Below are positions 40,079-49,907 of a stretch of DNA of 64,000 nucleotides, one piece after another. Origin of the DNA: an uncultured Alphaproteobacteria bacterium. Lineage in GTDB: Bacteria > Pseudomonadota > Alphaproteobacteria > Rhizobiales > Hyphomicrobiaceae. The position numbers and the translations under genes were made by a program. The stretch lies in contig CAWGUF010000019.1 in the NCBI GenBank assembly GCA_963825625.1, positions 135,534-199,533 of the forward strand, written 5' to 3'. The notes under the pieces are model-generated. The model saw only the letters and a list, made by a program, of their open reading frames with translations, was not told the DNA's origin and did no database searches. Position 1 is the stretch's first letter. Each line of letters begins with the position of its first letter.

Positions 40079-40101
40079 ACGGGGAGTGGAACAAAGAGAA
40101 G

Positions 40102-41608
40102 ATGCACGATCTCGATTTCGATCACGATCACCTGACCGACGACGACAAGGCCGAGATCGCCCGTTTCATCTGGGCGCAGGAGACCGTCGAGCTCAACACC
40201 GTCGGAATCGATATCGGTTCGTCGACCTCCCATCTGCTGTTCGCCAAGGTCGACGCTGCAACGGCGGTCACAGGGGTTGTCGTCGCGCTTTGCCGTAATC
40301 GACCGCGAGGTGGTCTGGCGCTCGCCGATCATGCTGACGCCGTTCCTGGCTGACGGCACGATCGATGCGCAGGCTCTGGGGCGGTTCATAAGCGGTGCCT
40401 ATCAACAAGCGGGGTTGCAGCGGAGCGACATTGATTCGGGCGCGGTCATTCTCACCGGCGAGGCGATCAAGCGAAAGAATGCGCGGGCCATCGACGAGCT
40501 GTTCGCGGAAGAGGCGGGAAAGTTCGTATGCGCTACCGCTGGCCATAAGCTCGAATGCATTCTCGCCGCGCACGGCTCGGGTGCGGTGCAGCTTTCCAAA
40601 GACCGCGACTGTCCGGTTCTTCATGTCGATATCGGCGGCGGAACCACCAAGCTCGCAATCATCGACAAGGGGGTGGTGCTGGACGTCGCGGCATTCGCCG
40701 TGGGCGGCCGATGCATTGCGGCGGATGCGGACGGCCGCTATACGCGGTTCGACGATTCGGCCGTTGCCGTCGCAAATGACCTGGCGCTGGACACGTCTCC
40801 AGATGCCCTGGCGGATGCCGAACTGCGCAGAAGATATGCCGAGCGATTGGCAAAGGTCGCGGCGGACTATGTGCTGGATCATCCGCGCGATGCACTGGGC
40901 AAGAGCTTCCTGCTGACGGAGGAGCTGGCGCGCAATGTCGCCCCGCAATTGATCACGTTCTCAGGTGGCGTATCGGAATACCTGTTCGGTGCGGAGGCGG
41001 AGGACTACGGCGACATCGCCAGGCCACTTGCGCAGGCGCTGCTGCGCGAGCTGGGAGAGCGCGAGGCCCCGAGGATGGTGGATCCGGGGCAACGAATTCG
41101 GGCCACCGTCATCGGCGCCTCGCAGTTCACCGTGCAGGTCAGCGGCAAGACGATCTTCCTGCCCGAGGACCAAAGCGCGCTGCCCGTCCACAACGTACCG
41201 GTCGTGCAGGCGGGCCTCGATCTCAGTGCTGATAAAATCGATGTGGCCGCGACCGCGGCAGCCATCCGCTCAGCCATCGACAAGATGGATCTGGACCCGG
41301 CCGCACCGATGGCGATCGCGTTCACCTGGGCCGGCGATCCGGAGTTCTCGCGGCTGGAGGCGATGGGCCAGGCCATCATCGAGGCGCTGGGCGATGCGGC
41401 GCAGACAAGCGGGCTGTTGCTGTTGATGATCGACGGCGATGTCGGGAAAACGCTGGGTCGCCTCTTGCACTACGAGCTTGACCTCAAGCGAAACCTGGTT
41501 TCGATCGATGGTGTGCAGTTGAAGGAACTCGACTATGTCGATGTCGGCCAGCTTATGGAGCCGCCCGGCGTGGTTCCCGTCGTAATCAAATCGCTACTGT
41601 TCAGCTGA
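40102..41608 (+). pseudogene. EutA-like ASKHA-fold ATPase (ethanolamine ammonia-lyase reactivase family), with the frame interrupted near 40250
   Basis: Piece 1 ...VGIDIGSSTSHLLFAKV. Piece 2 STLQRRSQGLSSRFAVIDREVVWRSPIMLTPF... including the second ASKHA motif LHVDIGGGTTKLAIID. One extra G explains the junction. Confidence 0.6.
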
Positions 41609-41644
41609 GAAGCGCTCGACCAATCTACAAGGAGGACGGCATCC

Positions 41645-42784
41645 ATGGCCAACGAGGCGAAACCGAACTATGGCATCGATCCCTATCTCGACTGGGTCGA
41701 GAAGGAGGGGCTCAAGGTCACCGAGCACTACGGGGTCGATCTCTTCAAGGTCGAGACGGCGTTCTGGCCGCGCTACGACACCAAGGCCGCTGCGGTGCAC
41801 CTGAAAGGGCGCGGCGATTTTGCCAATATGTTTGTCTACGATATCGATCCGGGCAAGTCGACGAGCCCGCAACGCCACCTCTACGAGGAGGTGATCTATG
41901 TGCTCGAAGGCTCCGGCAGCACGCAGCTCGAATTCCCCGACGGCACCAAGCGGGCGTTCGAATGGGGTCCGAAGAGCCTGTTTGCGATCCCACTGAATGC
42001 AAAGCATCGCCATTTCAATGGCTCAGGCCGCAACCGCGCGCTGATGGTCTCGACCACCGATCTGCCGATGGTCATGAACCTGTTCCACAACGAGGGCTTT
42101 ATTTTCGAGAACGACTTCAATTTCGCGGATCGGACCGGAAAGGAGTCGTACTATTCCGGCGAGGGCGACCTCATCACAGTGAAGCCCGGCAATCACATGT
42201 GGGAGACCAACTTCGTTCCCGATCTGTCGGCGATCGAGTTGCAGTCGTGGGGCGACCGCGGTGGCGGCGGCACCAATATCATGTTCGTGCTGGCCGACGG
42301 ATCGATGCACGCGCACATCTCGGAAATGCCGGTCGGCACCTACAAGAAGGGGCATCGGCATGGGCCGAGCTTCCACGTGATGTGCGTGGAAGGCAAAGGT
42401 TTCTCGCTGCTGTGGTATGAGGGCGACAAGGACTTCCTGCGCATCGACTGGGGCCACGGCGTCGTGTTCCCGCCGGCCGACCGCCAGCTCCACCAGCACT
42501 TCAATACCGGACCGACGAAGGCGCGCTATCTGGCGACCGCAGTCGGCGGCTTGCGCTATCCGATGATGGTGGAGCAGCGGCGATCGCTGCTGGGCCTCAA
42601 GCCGGGCGAGAAAGGCGCGGTATCGTTGAGCACCAAGGAAGGCGGCGATCAGATCGAGTACGAGGATCAGGATCCGCGCATCCATCGCATGTGGCTCGCC
42701 GACATGAAGAAGAACGGGGCTACACCGAAGATGGAGAAATGGATCCCGACACCGGCAGACCTCGACCTCGACGCTGCGGAGTAA
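41645..42784 (+). CDS. bicupin dioxygenase, gentisate/1-hydroxy-2-naphthoate 1,2-dioxygenase-like
   Basis: Two cupin modules with His-rich metal motifs (PLNAKHRHFN and KKGHRHGPSFHVMCVEG); ~380 aa as in GDO-type enzymes. Confidence 0.65.
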   Translation: MANEAKPNYGIDPYLDWVEKEGLKVTEHYGVDLFKVETAFWPRYDTKAAAVHLKGRGDFANMFVYDIDPGKSTSPQRHLYEEVIYVLEGSGSTQLEFPDGTKRAFEWGPKSLFAIPLNAKHRHFNGSGRNRALMVSTTDLPMVMNLFHNEGFIFENDFNFADRTGKESYYSGEGDLITVKPGNHMWETNFVPDLSAIELQSWGDRGGGGTNIMFVLADGSMHAHISEMPVGTYKKGHRHGPSFHVMCVEGKGFSLLWYEGDKDFLRIDWGHGVVFPPADRQLHQHFNTGPTKARYLATAVGGLRYPMMVEQRRSLLGLKPGEKGAVSLSTKEGGDQIEYEDQDPRIHRMWLADMKKNGATPKMEKWIPTPADLDLDAAE

Positions 42785-42892
42785 GAGCGGCGCCGGCACG
42801 GCACGGCATCAGGGCGTAGTCTGCCGTGCCGACCAGTGTCGGCGGCAGTTCGGCTTCCGGCTCCTCTCGCGCGGGGCTGGGGGCGGGCGGGG

Positions 42893-43492
42893 TCAGGGGG
42901 CTTTCGTCTCCTCGATCATGCGCTCCAGGCGCTTGCTGAGGTACCAGGAAAGAGCGAGGAACCCGACCAGCATCGCCGTGCCCAAACCTGAGGAGGCGTT
43001 ATTGAGCGCCTTCTCGGAGACCTGACCGAAGGCATAGCCGATCGACACCATGGTCACGGACCATAATCCCGCAGCAACGAAGTTTATCGGCAGGAACTTT
43101 CCCCAGGACAGGCTCGACATGCCATAGGCAAACCCGGCCAGGCCGCGAATGCCATGCGGGTAGCGGTGCAGCAGGATCATCCATAGGTAATGGTTCTGGG
43201 TCAGGCGGGTGACGACCTCCATCGCGCGATGCACTTTAGGGAAGCGCTCGAGCCAGCCGATGCCGAAGCGTTTTCCGATCCAGAAGCGGATGGCATCGCC
43301 GAAGAAGCTGCCGATCCAGCATACCGCGACGATGGTTCCGAATTTCAGCGCGCCGGCATGGGCGGCATAGCCGGCGAACAGCGCAATCAACAGGCTGTGC
43401 GAGGCTGCGTAGGCAAACAAGATGGAATAAGCCGCATCGCCGTGCTGGCGCAACAGATCAAGGAACGAAGCGAGGTCCGTTGGGATCGTCAC
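42893..43492 (-). CDS. DedA-family (SNARE-associated / TVP38) membrane protein
   Basis: ORF 42893..43588. GTG 43492 is preferred (a GGAGA RBS sits 11 nt upstream). Conserved DedA region FGDAIRFWIGKRFG. Confidence 0.75.
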   Translation of the reverse strand: MTIPTDLASFLDLLRQHGDAAYSILFAYAASHSLLIALFAGYAAHAGALKFGTIVAVCWIGSFFGDAIRFWIGKRFGIGWLERFPKVHRAMEVVTRLTQNHYLWMILLHRYPHGIRGLAGFAYGMSSLSWGKFLPINFVAAGLWSVTMVSIGYAFGQVSEKALNNASSGLGTAMLVGFLALSWYLSKRLERMIEETKAP

Positions 43493-43609
43493 TGGTCGTC
43501 TCCGATTGCCGGTGGCTCGTTGGGGAAGGCGGAGGTTTGCTAGCACGGCTCCGGCGTCTGGAGAAGCCAAATGATCTTGTGGCGGCACAATCCTTCGGCT
43601 GCGGTTTGC

Positions 43610-44710
43610 TCAGTTTTTTCTGCAGATATCTCTGAGTGCTTTCCAGTCGTCCTGGCTCATCGACGGCTGGATCGGATAGGTCGGTTGTGCCTCCGCGGTG
43701 CGAGCGCGAACATCGGGCTCGGGATGCGTGCGCAGCAGGCTTGGTGTCTTGGATGCGCCTTTCTTGTCTTCGAGCTTCGAGACCCGTCGGAAGAAATCCG
43801 CAAGTCCAATGGGGGAGATGCCGGCCTGCTTCAGGATGCCGAAGGCGGTGGCATCTGCCTCGCGCTCGGCGGACCGGGTGTAGCTGAATTGCGTGAGGAG
43901 GACGCCGATATTGGCGAGTGCGCCGCCGCCGCCGCCCATCATCAATTCAACCGCCGCCGTCAGGCCCAGCACGCGCACGATTCCGGCCTCGGAATGAAGC
44001 CCCAGTCCGTGGCCCATTTCATGCGCCAGAACACCGGCGACCTCGTCCGGGCCCTTGGCGCTCTGGATGATAGCCCGTGTCAGTACGATCTGCTCGCCTG
44101 GGGCCGCAAATGCGTTGATCAGGCCCCAGTCCAGCACCTTGACGTCGAAGCGTTTGCTGGAGCCGCTGGCCTTCTCGAGCCGGGCCACCAGCCGATCGAG
44201 CGCTGCCCGGCCGGCCGGGGCGTCGCAGACGCGCCGGTCCGTGGCCATGGATGTGATGACCTGCTCGCCTACGGTCTTGCGCAGAGTGTCGGGCATCAGG
44301 CTGGCGACCCAACGTGCAGGCGACAGGTCAGAGAGGTGGATTGCGACGGCGATCAGAGCCACGCCGGCCGCAACGGCGATCCATGGTCGTGCTGCGCGCC
44401 AGCCATAGGAGGCGGACGTGATCTGCGGCGCAGCCTTCGCCAGCGCCTGTGCGAAGCCGGCGTCGGCGACAAACAGCGTCGCTCCGGGCATGTGACCGTA
44501 GGTGACGAGAACATCCGTCGCCTTGCGCGTGACCGGCGCGGCGACACCGAGTGCGCCATAAGGCCAGATCAACGCCTCGGATGCACCGGAAGCGTCGATC
44601 TGGATGCCGCGGTCAGTGAGGCGGATGTCCACGACCTGGCTCGCCGCGGTCTTGCCGTCGCTGAATTGGCCCTGCCAGGCAGGGCCTGGTGATGCCTGGT
44701 CAGAATGCAT
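43610..44710 (-). CDS. M48-family zinc metallopeptidase
   Basis: HEMGH zinc-binding motif (VLAHEMGHGLGLHSE). ORF 43610..44815; start at Met36, ATG 44710 checked. Confidence 0.8.
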   Translation of the reverse strand: MHSDQASPGPAWQGQFSDGKTAASQVVDIRLTDRGIQIDASGASEALIWPYGALGVAAPVTRKATDVLVTYGHMPGATLFVADAGFAQALAKAAPQITSASYGWRAARPWIAVAAGVALIAVAIHLSDLSPARWVASLMPDTLRKTVGEQVITSMATDRRVCDAPAGRAALDRLVARLEKASGSSKRFDVKVLDWGLINAFAAPGEQIVLTRAIIQSAKGPDEVAGVLAHEMGHGLGLHSEAGIVRVLGLTAAVELMMGGGGGALANIGVLLTQFSYTRSAEREADATAFGILKQAGISPIGLADFFRRVSKLEDKKGASKTPSLLRTHPEPDVRARTAEAQPTYPIQPSMSQDDWKALRDICRKN

Positions 44711-45845
44711 CGATGTCGAACGCCTGTGCCAAACCTTCGCCGCGCCTGGCGGCATCCTCTGCCCGTTGCGCGATCGACTCCAACAGTGCGTTGCCGTCGA
44801 TCGATAGACGCTCAACCATATAGCGCGCGGATCTGGCCTGGGCGATAGGTGTCAGCAGGCCGAGGGTCAAGAAGACCAACAGAAAGTTTGATATTCCGAG
44901 CCAGATCAGGCTGCCGGCCGTTGCCCGGCCGCGAAAGGAGGCATCCTCGAAGTGGGTATGCTCGGCGAAGTGGTTCATCATGCGCGCCCGGTACCAGCCG
45001 CTCAGGAACATGTAGAGCAGGGTCGCGACGAACAGGGTGCCGTAGATGACGAGCAGCAGCGCGGCTATGCTGCTGGCCGAGGTCGGGCCGGTCTGGAGCT
45101 GCCTGGGGTCGACGCCCAGCAGCGGAATCAATGCAAACCAACTGCCGATCAGCAGTCCGAGAATGAGGAGGCCACCGAACCACAGGATCGCGAAGCGGCT
45201 GTAGAGCGGGCCAGAGCCGGCAGTGAAGCGGAACGGGACGCTGCCGAAGCGCATGTCGTCGGTCAGGCGTGACTGCAACTTTGCCGAGCGCCATGGCGAG
45301 GCCCAGCCGAGCGTCAGCGGGATCAGCAGCCCGGTCCAGAAATAGGTCCAGGCGAACGACCAAGAGTTGCCCTCCATGCCACCGCGAATGCCTCGCCAAC
45401 TGGTTCGGGACAGGCGGTAGCGTTGTGCCCGGTAGGTGGCGACGCCTGCGAGCAGGAAGAAGGCGGCGTAGAGGATGACCTGAAAGACCTGGAGTGCGGT
45501 CGACTTGGGGCCGAAGGCGGCGCCGACGGCGAAAGACAGCAGGATGACAGGCAGCACAACGACCGCGAATACGATCAGGAAGCCAAGGAACAGCTCCTTG
45601 CCGGTGCCAGTGTATTGCAATGGCTCGCCATTCAGCCGGGCGGCCGACCAGATCCGACGTCGCACCTCTGTCTTGCCCCAGAAGCCATAGATACCCAGCG
45701 TGATCAGCCGCAGCAGAAAATTCTTGATGCTGAGCCCGATCATGCCCGGCGGTGCCGACCAGTCGAGTTGCATGTTGCCTGTCGGCGGCGGTTGGGAGGC
45801 GTCATTCGGGACGGAAGGCGGATTGTTGAGACTGGAAACGGTCAT
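44700..45845 (-). CDS. DUF898/YjgN-family multi-pass membrane protein
   Basis: Hydrophobic repeats typical of DUF898. ORF 44700..45932; start at Met30, with a GGAGA RBS. Its stop overlaps the M48 start by 11 nt. Confidence 0.7.
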   Translation of the reverse strand: MTVSSLNNPPSVPNDASQPPPTGNMQLDWSAPPGMIGLSIKNFLLRLITLGIYGFWGKTEVRRRIWSAARLNGEPLQYTGTGKELFLGFLIVFAVVVLPVILLSFAVGAAFGPKSTALQVFQVILYAAFFLLAGVATYRAQRYRLSRTSWRGIRGGMEGNSWSFAWTYFWTGLLIPLTLGWASPWRSAKLQSRLTDDMRFGSVPFRFTAGSGPLYSRFAILWFGGLLILGLLIGSWFALIPLLGVDPRQLQTGPTSASSIAALLLVIYGTLFVATLLYMFLSGWYRARMMNHFAEHTHFEDASFRGRATAGSLIWLGISNFLLVFLTLGLLTPIAQARSARYMVERLSIDGNALLESIAQRAEDAARRGEGLAQAFDIDAF

Positions 45846-46420
45846 CGGAGATCTCCGAATGAAATGGATCTGAGCCTGATCCTTTTGCATAATTTGACAG
45901 GCGATATGACCAATGGTGATATCACCCGTCACGCGAATGCATCGGCTCCATTATTCAACACGCACAACTTGTCTATGTGAGCGGAACGTTCCAGAGCCGA
46001 AGCTATTCTGTAGTTGCGCGGCGACGCAAGGAAGTTCCCTCGGCAGGTGTTGCACGACTGCCTGATTTCCCATCATTCGTTAACTGTGTCAGCACTGCAA
46101 CGGTATCGATTGCCGTGTGCCTCTATTGAGCCACAAACCGTCATCATGAATGCAGGATGAAGGCTGAAGCCGCAGGCGCGGCTGAAGGAAATGCGGATCG
46201 TCACGGACCGGCAGAGTTCGGTATGGCAGGGCAACCCGAGGGCTTGCACGCGGGCTTTCGCACGGCCTGCTGTGCAGGCGTGGTGGTTGGGTGCGTCCTC
46301 GTACGCTGGCACCTGTGAACGGCGTTAGAGGACGTGCATGGCGGGAAGCAGGTGTCGGACGATCATTGGAAATAGATCGAAATAGCGGGGCTTAAGATGG
46401 CGGCAGGTAGCAACTGAACA

Positions 46421-48145
46421 ATGACAAAATATGAATTCGACAAATCGAAGCTGCCGAGCCGTCACGTCACGGAAGGGCCTTCGCGTGCGCCGCACCGCTC
46501 CTACTACTATGCGATGGGGCTGAGCGAGGAGCAGATCCACCGGCCACTGGTAGGTGTGGTCAGCGCCTGGAACGAGGCCGCGCCCTGCAACATCGCCCTG
46601 ATGCGCCAGGCGCAGTCCGCCAAGAAGGGCGTGGACGAGGCCGGCGGCACGCCGCGCGAGTTCTGCACCATCACGGTGACCGATGGCATCGCGATGGGCC
46701 ACCAGGGCATGAAATCGTCGCTGGTGTCGCGGGAGGTGATCGCCGATTCGATCGAGCTCACCATGCGCGGTCACTGCTACGACGCCTTCGTGGGCATCGC
46801 CGGCTGCGACAAGTCGTTGCCGGGCGTGATGATGGCCCAGCTTCGCCTGAACGTGGCGAGTGTGTTCATGTACGGCGGCTCGATCATGCCGGGCAGGTTC
46901 CATGGCAAGGACGTCACCGTCGTCGACGTGTTCGAAGGCGTTGGAATGCACGCCGCCGGCAAAATGTCGGACGAAGAGTTGTTTGAGCTCGAGTGCGTGG
47001 CTTGTCCGGGGGCTGGCGCCTGTGGCGGCCAGTTCACTGCCAATACGATGGCGTGCGTGTCCGAGGCGATCGGTCTCGCACTGCCTGGCTCGGCTGGTGC
47101 GCCGGCGCCTGACACGCGGCGTGACCATTATGCGGTGGAGAGCGGCAAGGCGGTGATGCGTCTGCTGGCCGACGGCATCCGTCCCCGCGATATCGCTACG
47201 CGCAAGGCGTTCGAGAACGCCGCTGTGATCGTCGCGGCGACCGGCGGGTCGACCAACGCGGCGCTACACCTGCCGGCGATGGCGCATGAGGCCGGCATCA
47301 AGTTCGACTTGTTCGACGTCGCCGAGATCTTCAAGCGCACGCCCTACATTGCCGACCTGAAGCCAGGCGGGAAATACGTCGCCAAGGACGTGTTCGATAT
47401 CGGTGGCGTGCCGCAGATCATGAGGGCGCTGCTCGACGGTGGCCTGCTGCACGAGGATTGCCTGACCGTCTCCGGCAAGACGATCAAGGAGAACCTCAAG
47501 GATGTGAAGTTCAACCGCGACCAGAAGGTGGTTTATCCGGTCTCCAGTCCGATCACGCCGACCGGCGGCGTTGTCGGCCTCAAGGGATCGCTCGCGCCGG
47601 AGGGTGCGATCGTAAAGGTCGCGGGCATGAAGGTGCTGAAGTTCAAGGGGCCGGCTCGCTGCTTCGATTGCGAGGAAGATGCGTTCGCCGCGGTCGAGAA
47701 GCGTCAGATCAAGGACGGCGAGGTGATCGTCATCCGGTACGAAGGGCCCAAGGGCGGGCCGGGCATGCGTGAGATGCTCTCCACCACTGCCGCGCTTTAC
47801 GGCCTTGGCCAGGGCGAGAAGGTAGCGCTGATCACCGATGGGCGGTTCTCGGGTGGCACGCGCGGCTTCTGCATTGGCCACGTTGGACCGGAGGCGGCGG
47901 TCGGCGGTCCGATCGCGCTGCTCAAAGATGGCGATATCATTGTGATCGATGCAGAGAACGGCGTGCTGGATCTCGAGGTTCCGGAGAGCGAGCTCGAGGC
48001 AAGGCGACGCGCCTGGAAAGCGCCCAGAAATATCCATCAGAGCGGCGTGTTGCGGAAGTATGCGGACCAGGTGGGTCCGGCGTGGAGTGGAGCGGTCACT
48101 CACCCCGGGGCGGCGGAGGAAGTGGTGTGTTATGCGGATATCTAA
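46421..48145 (+). CDS. ilvD: dihydroxy-acid dehydratase
   Basis: 574 aa with full-length IlvD/Edd-family signature ([27 protein letters not shown]). Intact. Confidence 0.95.
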   Translation: MTKYEFDKSKLPSRHVTEGPSRAPHRSYYYAMGLSEEQIHRPLVGVVSAWNEAAPCNIALMRQAQSAKKGVDEAGGTPREFCTITVTDGIAMGHQGMKSSLVSREVIADSIELTMRGHCYDAFVGIAGCDKSLPGVMMAQLRLNVASVFMYGGSIMPGRFHGKDVTVVDVFEGVGMHAAGKMSDEELFELECVACPGAGACGGQFTANTMACVSEAIGLALPGSAGAPAPDTRRDHYAVESGKAVMRLLADGIRPRDIATRKAFENAAVIVAATGGSTNAALHLPAMAHEAGIKFDLFDVAEIFKRTPYIADLKPGGKYVAKDVFDIGGVPQIMRALLDGGLLHEDCLTVSGKTIKENLKDVKFNRDQKVVYPVSSPITPTGGVVGLKGSLAPEGAIVKVAGMKVLKFKGPARCFDCEEDAFAAVEKRQIKDGEVIVIRYEGPKGGPGMREMLSTTAALYGLGQGEKVALITDGRFSGGTRGFCIGHVGPEAAVGGPIALLKDGDIIVIDAENGVLDLEVPESELEARRRAWKAPRNIHQSGVLRKYADQVGPAWSGAVTHPGAAEEVVCYADI

Positions 48146-49166
48146 TCTGACGGCTCTGCGGGTGGGTGCAGTTGCTCTGCTACTCGCTCTCAGCGCTCAA
48201 GCTACGCTGGCGAGGGATGGGCGAACGCCACATTTCGCGTCGGCGGATGACGCCTACCGGCAGGCGCTGGGCTCGTGGCGGGGTGGCTACGTCGAGCAGG
48301 CCATACCTGCTTTCCGGTTTGCCGCAGGCAAAGGCAATTTCCTGGCCAAGTTCTATCTGGCGCGCATCCTGTCGGACAGCGGGACCCCCTATACGGACCA
48401 CCCGGCTGCCTATCGGATATACAACGAAATGGCCAGGGCCTACATCAACGTAGATCCCGACGACGACCGGCGTGCTCCGTTTGTGGCGCGCGCACTGTCA
48501 GCCCTTGCACGCTACGTCAAGGACGGGCTGCCGGAGATCGGGGTCAAGCCCGACCCTGCTCGAGCTGCAGAGTTTCTGCGGCATGCGGCGCAGTTCTTCA
48601 ACGATGAGGATGCGCAATTCGAGTTGGCGAAGCTCTATCTCACGGGCGAGGGCGTTCCGAAGGACCCGCAAGTCGCGATGCATTGGCTGTCGGTGCCAAC
48701 GCAGCGGGGACATGCCGGGGCGCAGGCGTTCCTGGCCGATATCTACTGGCGGGGACTGCAATGGCGCGATGCTGGGGGCCGCAAGCACGTGATTCGCCGG
48801 GATCCGCTGCGCGCATTCGCGCTGATCTCGGTTGCAGTCGAGCATGCGCCCGATCGGGACCGGATCTGGATCGAGGATATCTACCAGAACATCTTTTGTG
48901 GCGCTTCCAGCGGGACCCGCTTCCAAGCGCAGGGGATGGTGGCTGACTGGCGCAAGAAATACGGCCGCAATCTGCCGCAGCCGAGCGTAGGCATCGGGCC
49001 GCTCGCACCCAAGGCGGTGCGATCCTGCAGCAACGGTGAGTCGGTACCGCCGCCGCTGGTGCGCTATGAAGAAGCAAGCCCGATGCGCCCGGCCGCAGGG
49101 CCGCGGGTGATGCAAGGAGGCATGCTGGGTAACGGTGTCATGGGTGTTGGTGCGTCGCGGCGGTAG
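48132..49166 (+). CDS. secreted Sel1-repeat (TPR-like) protein
   Basis: Signal peptide [24 protein letters not shown] followed by Sel1-type repeats ([45 protein letters not shown]). ATG 48132 checked; it overlaps the ilvD end by 14 nt. Confidence 0.7.
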   Translation: MRISNLTALRVGAVALLLALSAQATLARDGRTPHFASADDAYRQALGSWRGGYVEQAIPAFRFAAGKGNFLAKFYLARILSDSGTPYTDHPAAYRIYNEMARAYINVDPDDDRRAPFVARALSALARYVKDGLPEIGVKPDPARAAEFLRHAAQFFNDEDAQFELAKLYLTGEGVPKDPQVAMHWLSVPTQRGHAGAQAFLADIYWRGLQWRDAGGRKHVIRRDPLRAFALISVAVEHAPDRDRIWIEDIYQNIFCGASSGTRFQAQGMVADWRKKYGRNLPQPSVGIGPLAPKAVRSCSNGESVPPPLVRYEEASPMRPAAGPRVMQGGMLGNGVMGVGASRR

Positions 49167-49263
49167 GTGATCGACGCATTCGCCAGTCCCGCGCTGGGGT
49201 CCGTCCGGTACGCACCGAAGACGACCTCGATGGTCTGCAGTTGCCCGAGCGCGTGTAAAAAAG

Positions 49264-49305
49264 AAGGGCCCCCTTCCTTGCGGAAGAGGGCCCTTTGGGC
49301 GTTTT
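49264..49305. terminator. bidirectional intrinsic terminator
   Basis: Stem AAGGGCCC / GGGCCCTT with a nested CTTCC/GGAAG stem. It is flanked by an A-run on the left (TGTAAAAAAG) and TGGGCGTTTT on the right, so both strands read as hairpin plus T-tract. Confidence 0.55.
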
Positions 49306-49352
49306 GGGAGCGCTGGGAATTGGACGGCCGGGGAGGGCGGCCGGCCAGCCGG

Positions 49353-49538
49353 TCAGCGTGGGACGGCTGGCGAAATCATGGAGACCGATCCAGTGACGGC
49401 TGCATTCCGTCCGGCCGAAGCCGAAACCAGGAGCGATCCTGTGAGAAGGCAGCAGGCGACGGAGAGGCAGGCGAGTGCGGTGCACTTCGTCAGCGTCGTG
49501 CGCCTATCCTTCTCCATCATCGCGCCATGCAGGTCCAT
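49353..49538 (-). CDS. possible small secreted or lipoprotein-like peptide
   Basis: 61-aa ORF with a hydrophobic, Cys-containing N-terminal segment (TALACLSVACCLLTGSLLVSASA). It sits between the bidirectional terminator and the AT-rich region. Weakly supported. Confidence 0.25.
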   Translation of the reverse strand: MDLHGAMMEKDRRTTLTKCTALACLSVACCLLTGSLLVSASAGRNAAVTGSVSMISPAVPR

Positions 49539-49907
49539 CGTGTTCTTGTCTCGGTGTCTGTGTGTCGTTCAGTTGAGCTATTGGTAACCCATAACATATT
49601 CTTAGTCTATCGACTCACGAAAACAGGTTTAATTGCCCAAGTGTTAATTTAATACTTTGTTAAGGCGGCTTAATTCTTTTGCTTTGCTGGGTTTGTCCAG
49701 GTGTGTGGTTCACCGATCAAAGGGAGCCTGAATCCGTCGATTGGTTGGTCGCGCAACTCAATCTGATGTTGGCGGGATGGCTACGCGTCGAGGGCAGCCG
49801 CGCGGTGCGGGCGTGGCCCTGATGCATCCCTGTGGCCATATCGTGCGCAGGGGCCATCGCTGTGCATTGGCGCAGGGGGCGGTACGGCTTATAGGGTCGC
49901 CTATCGG

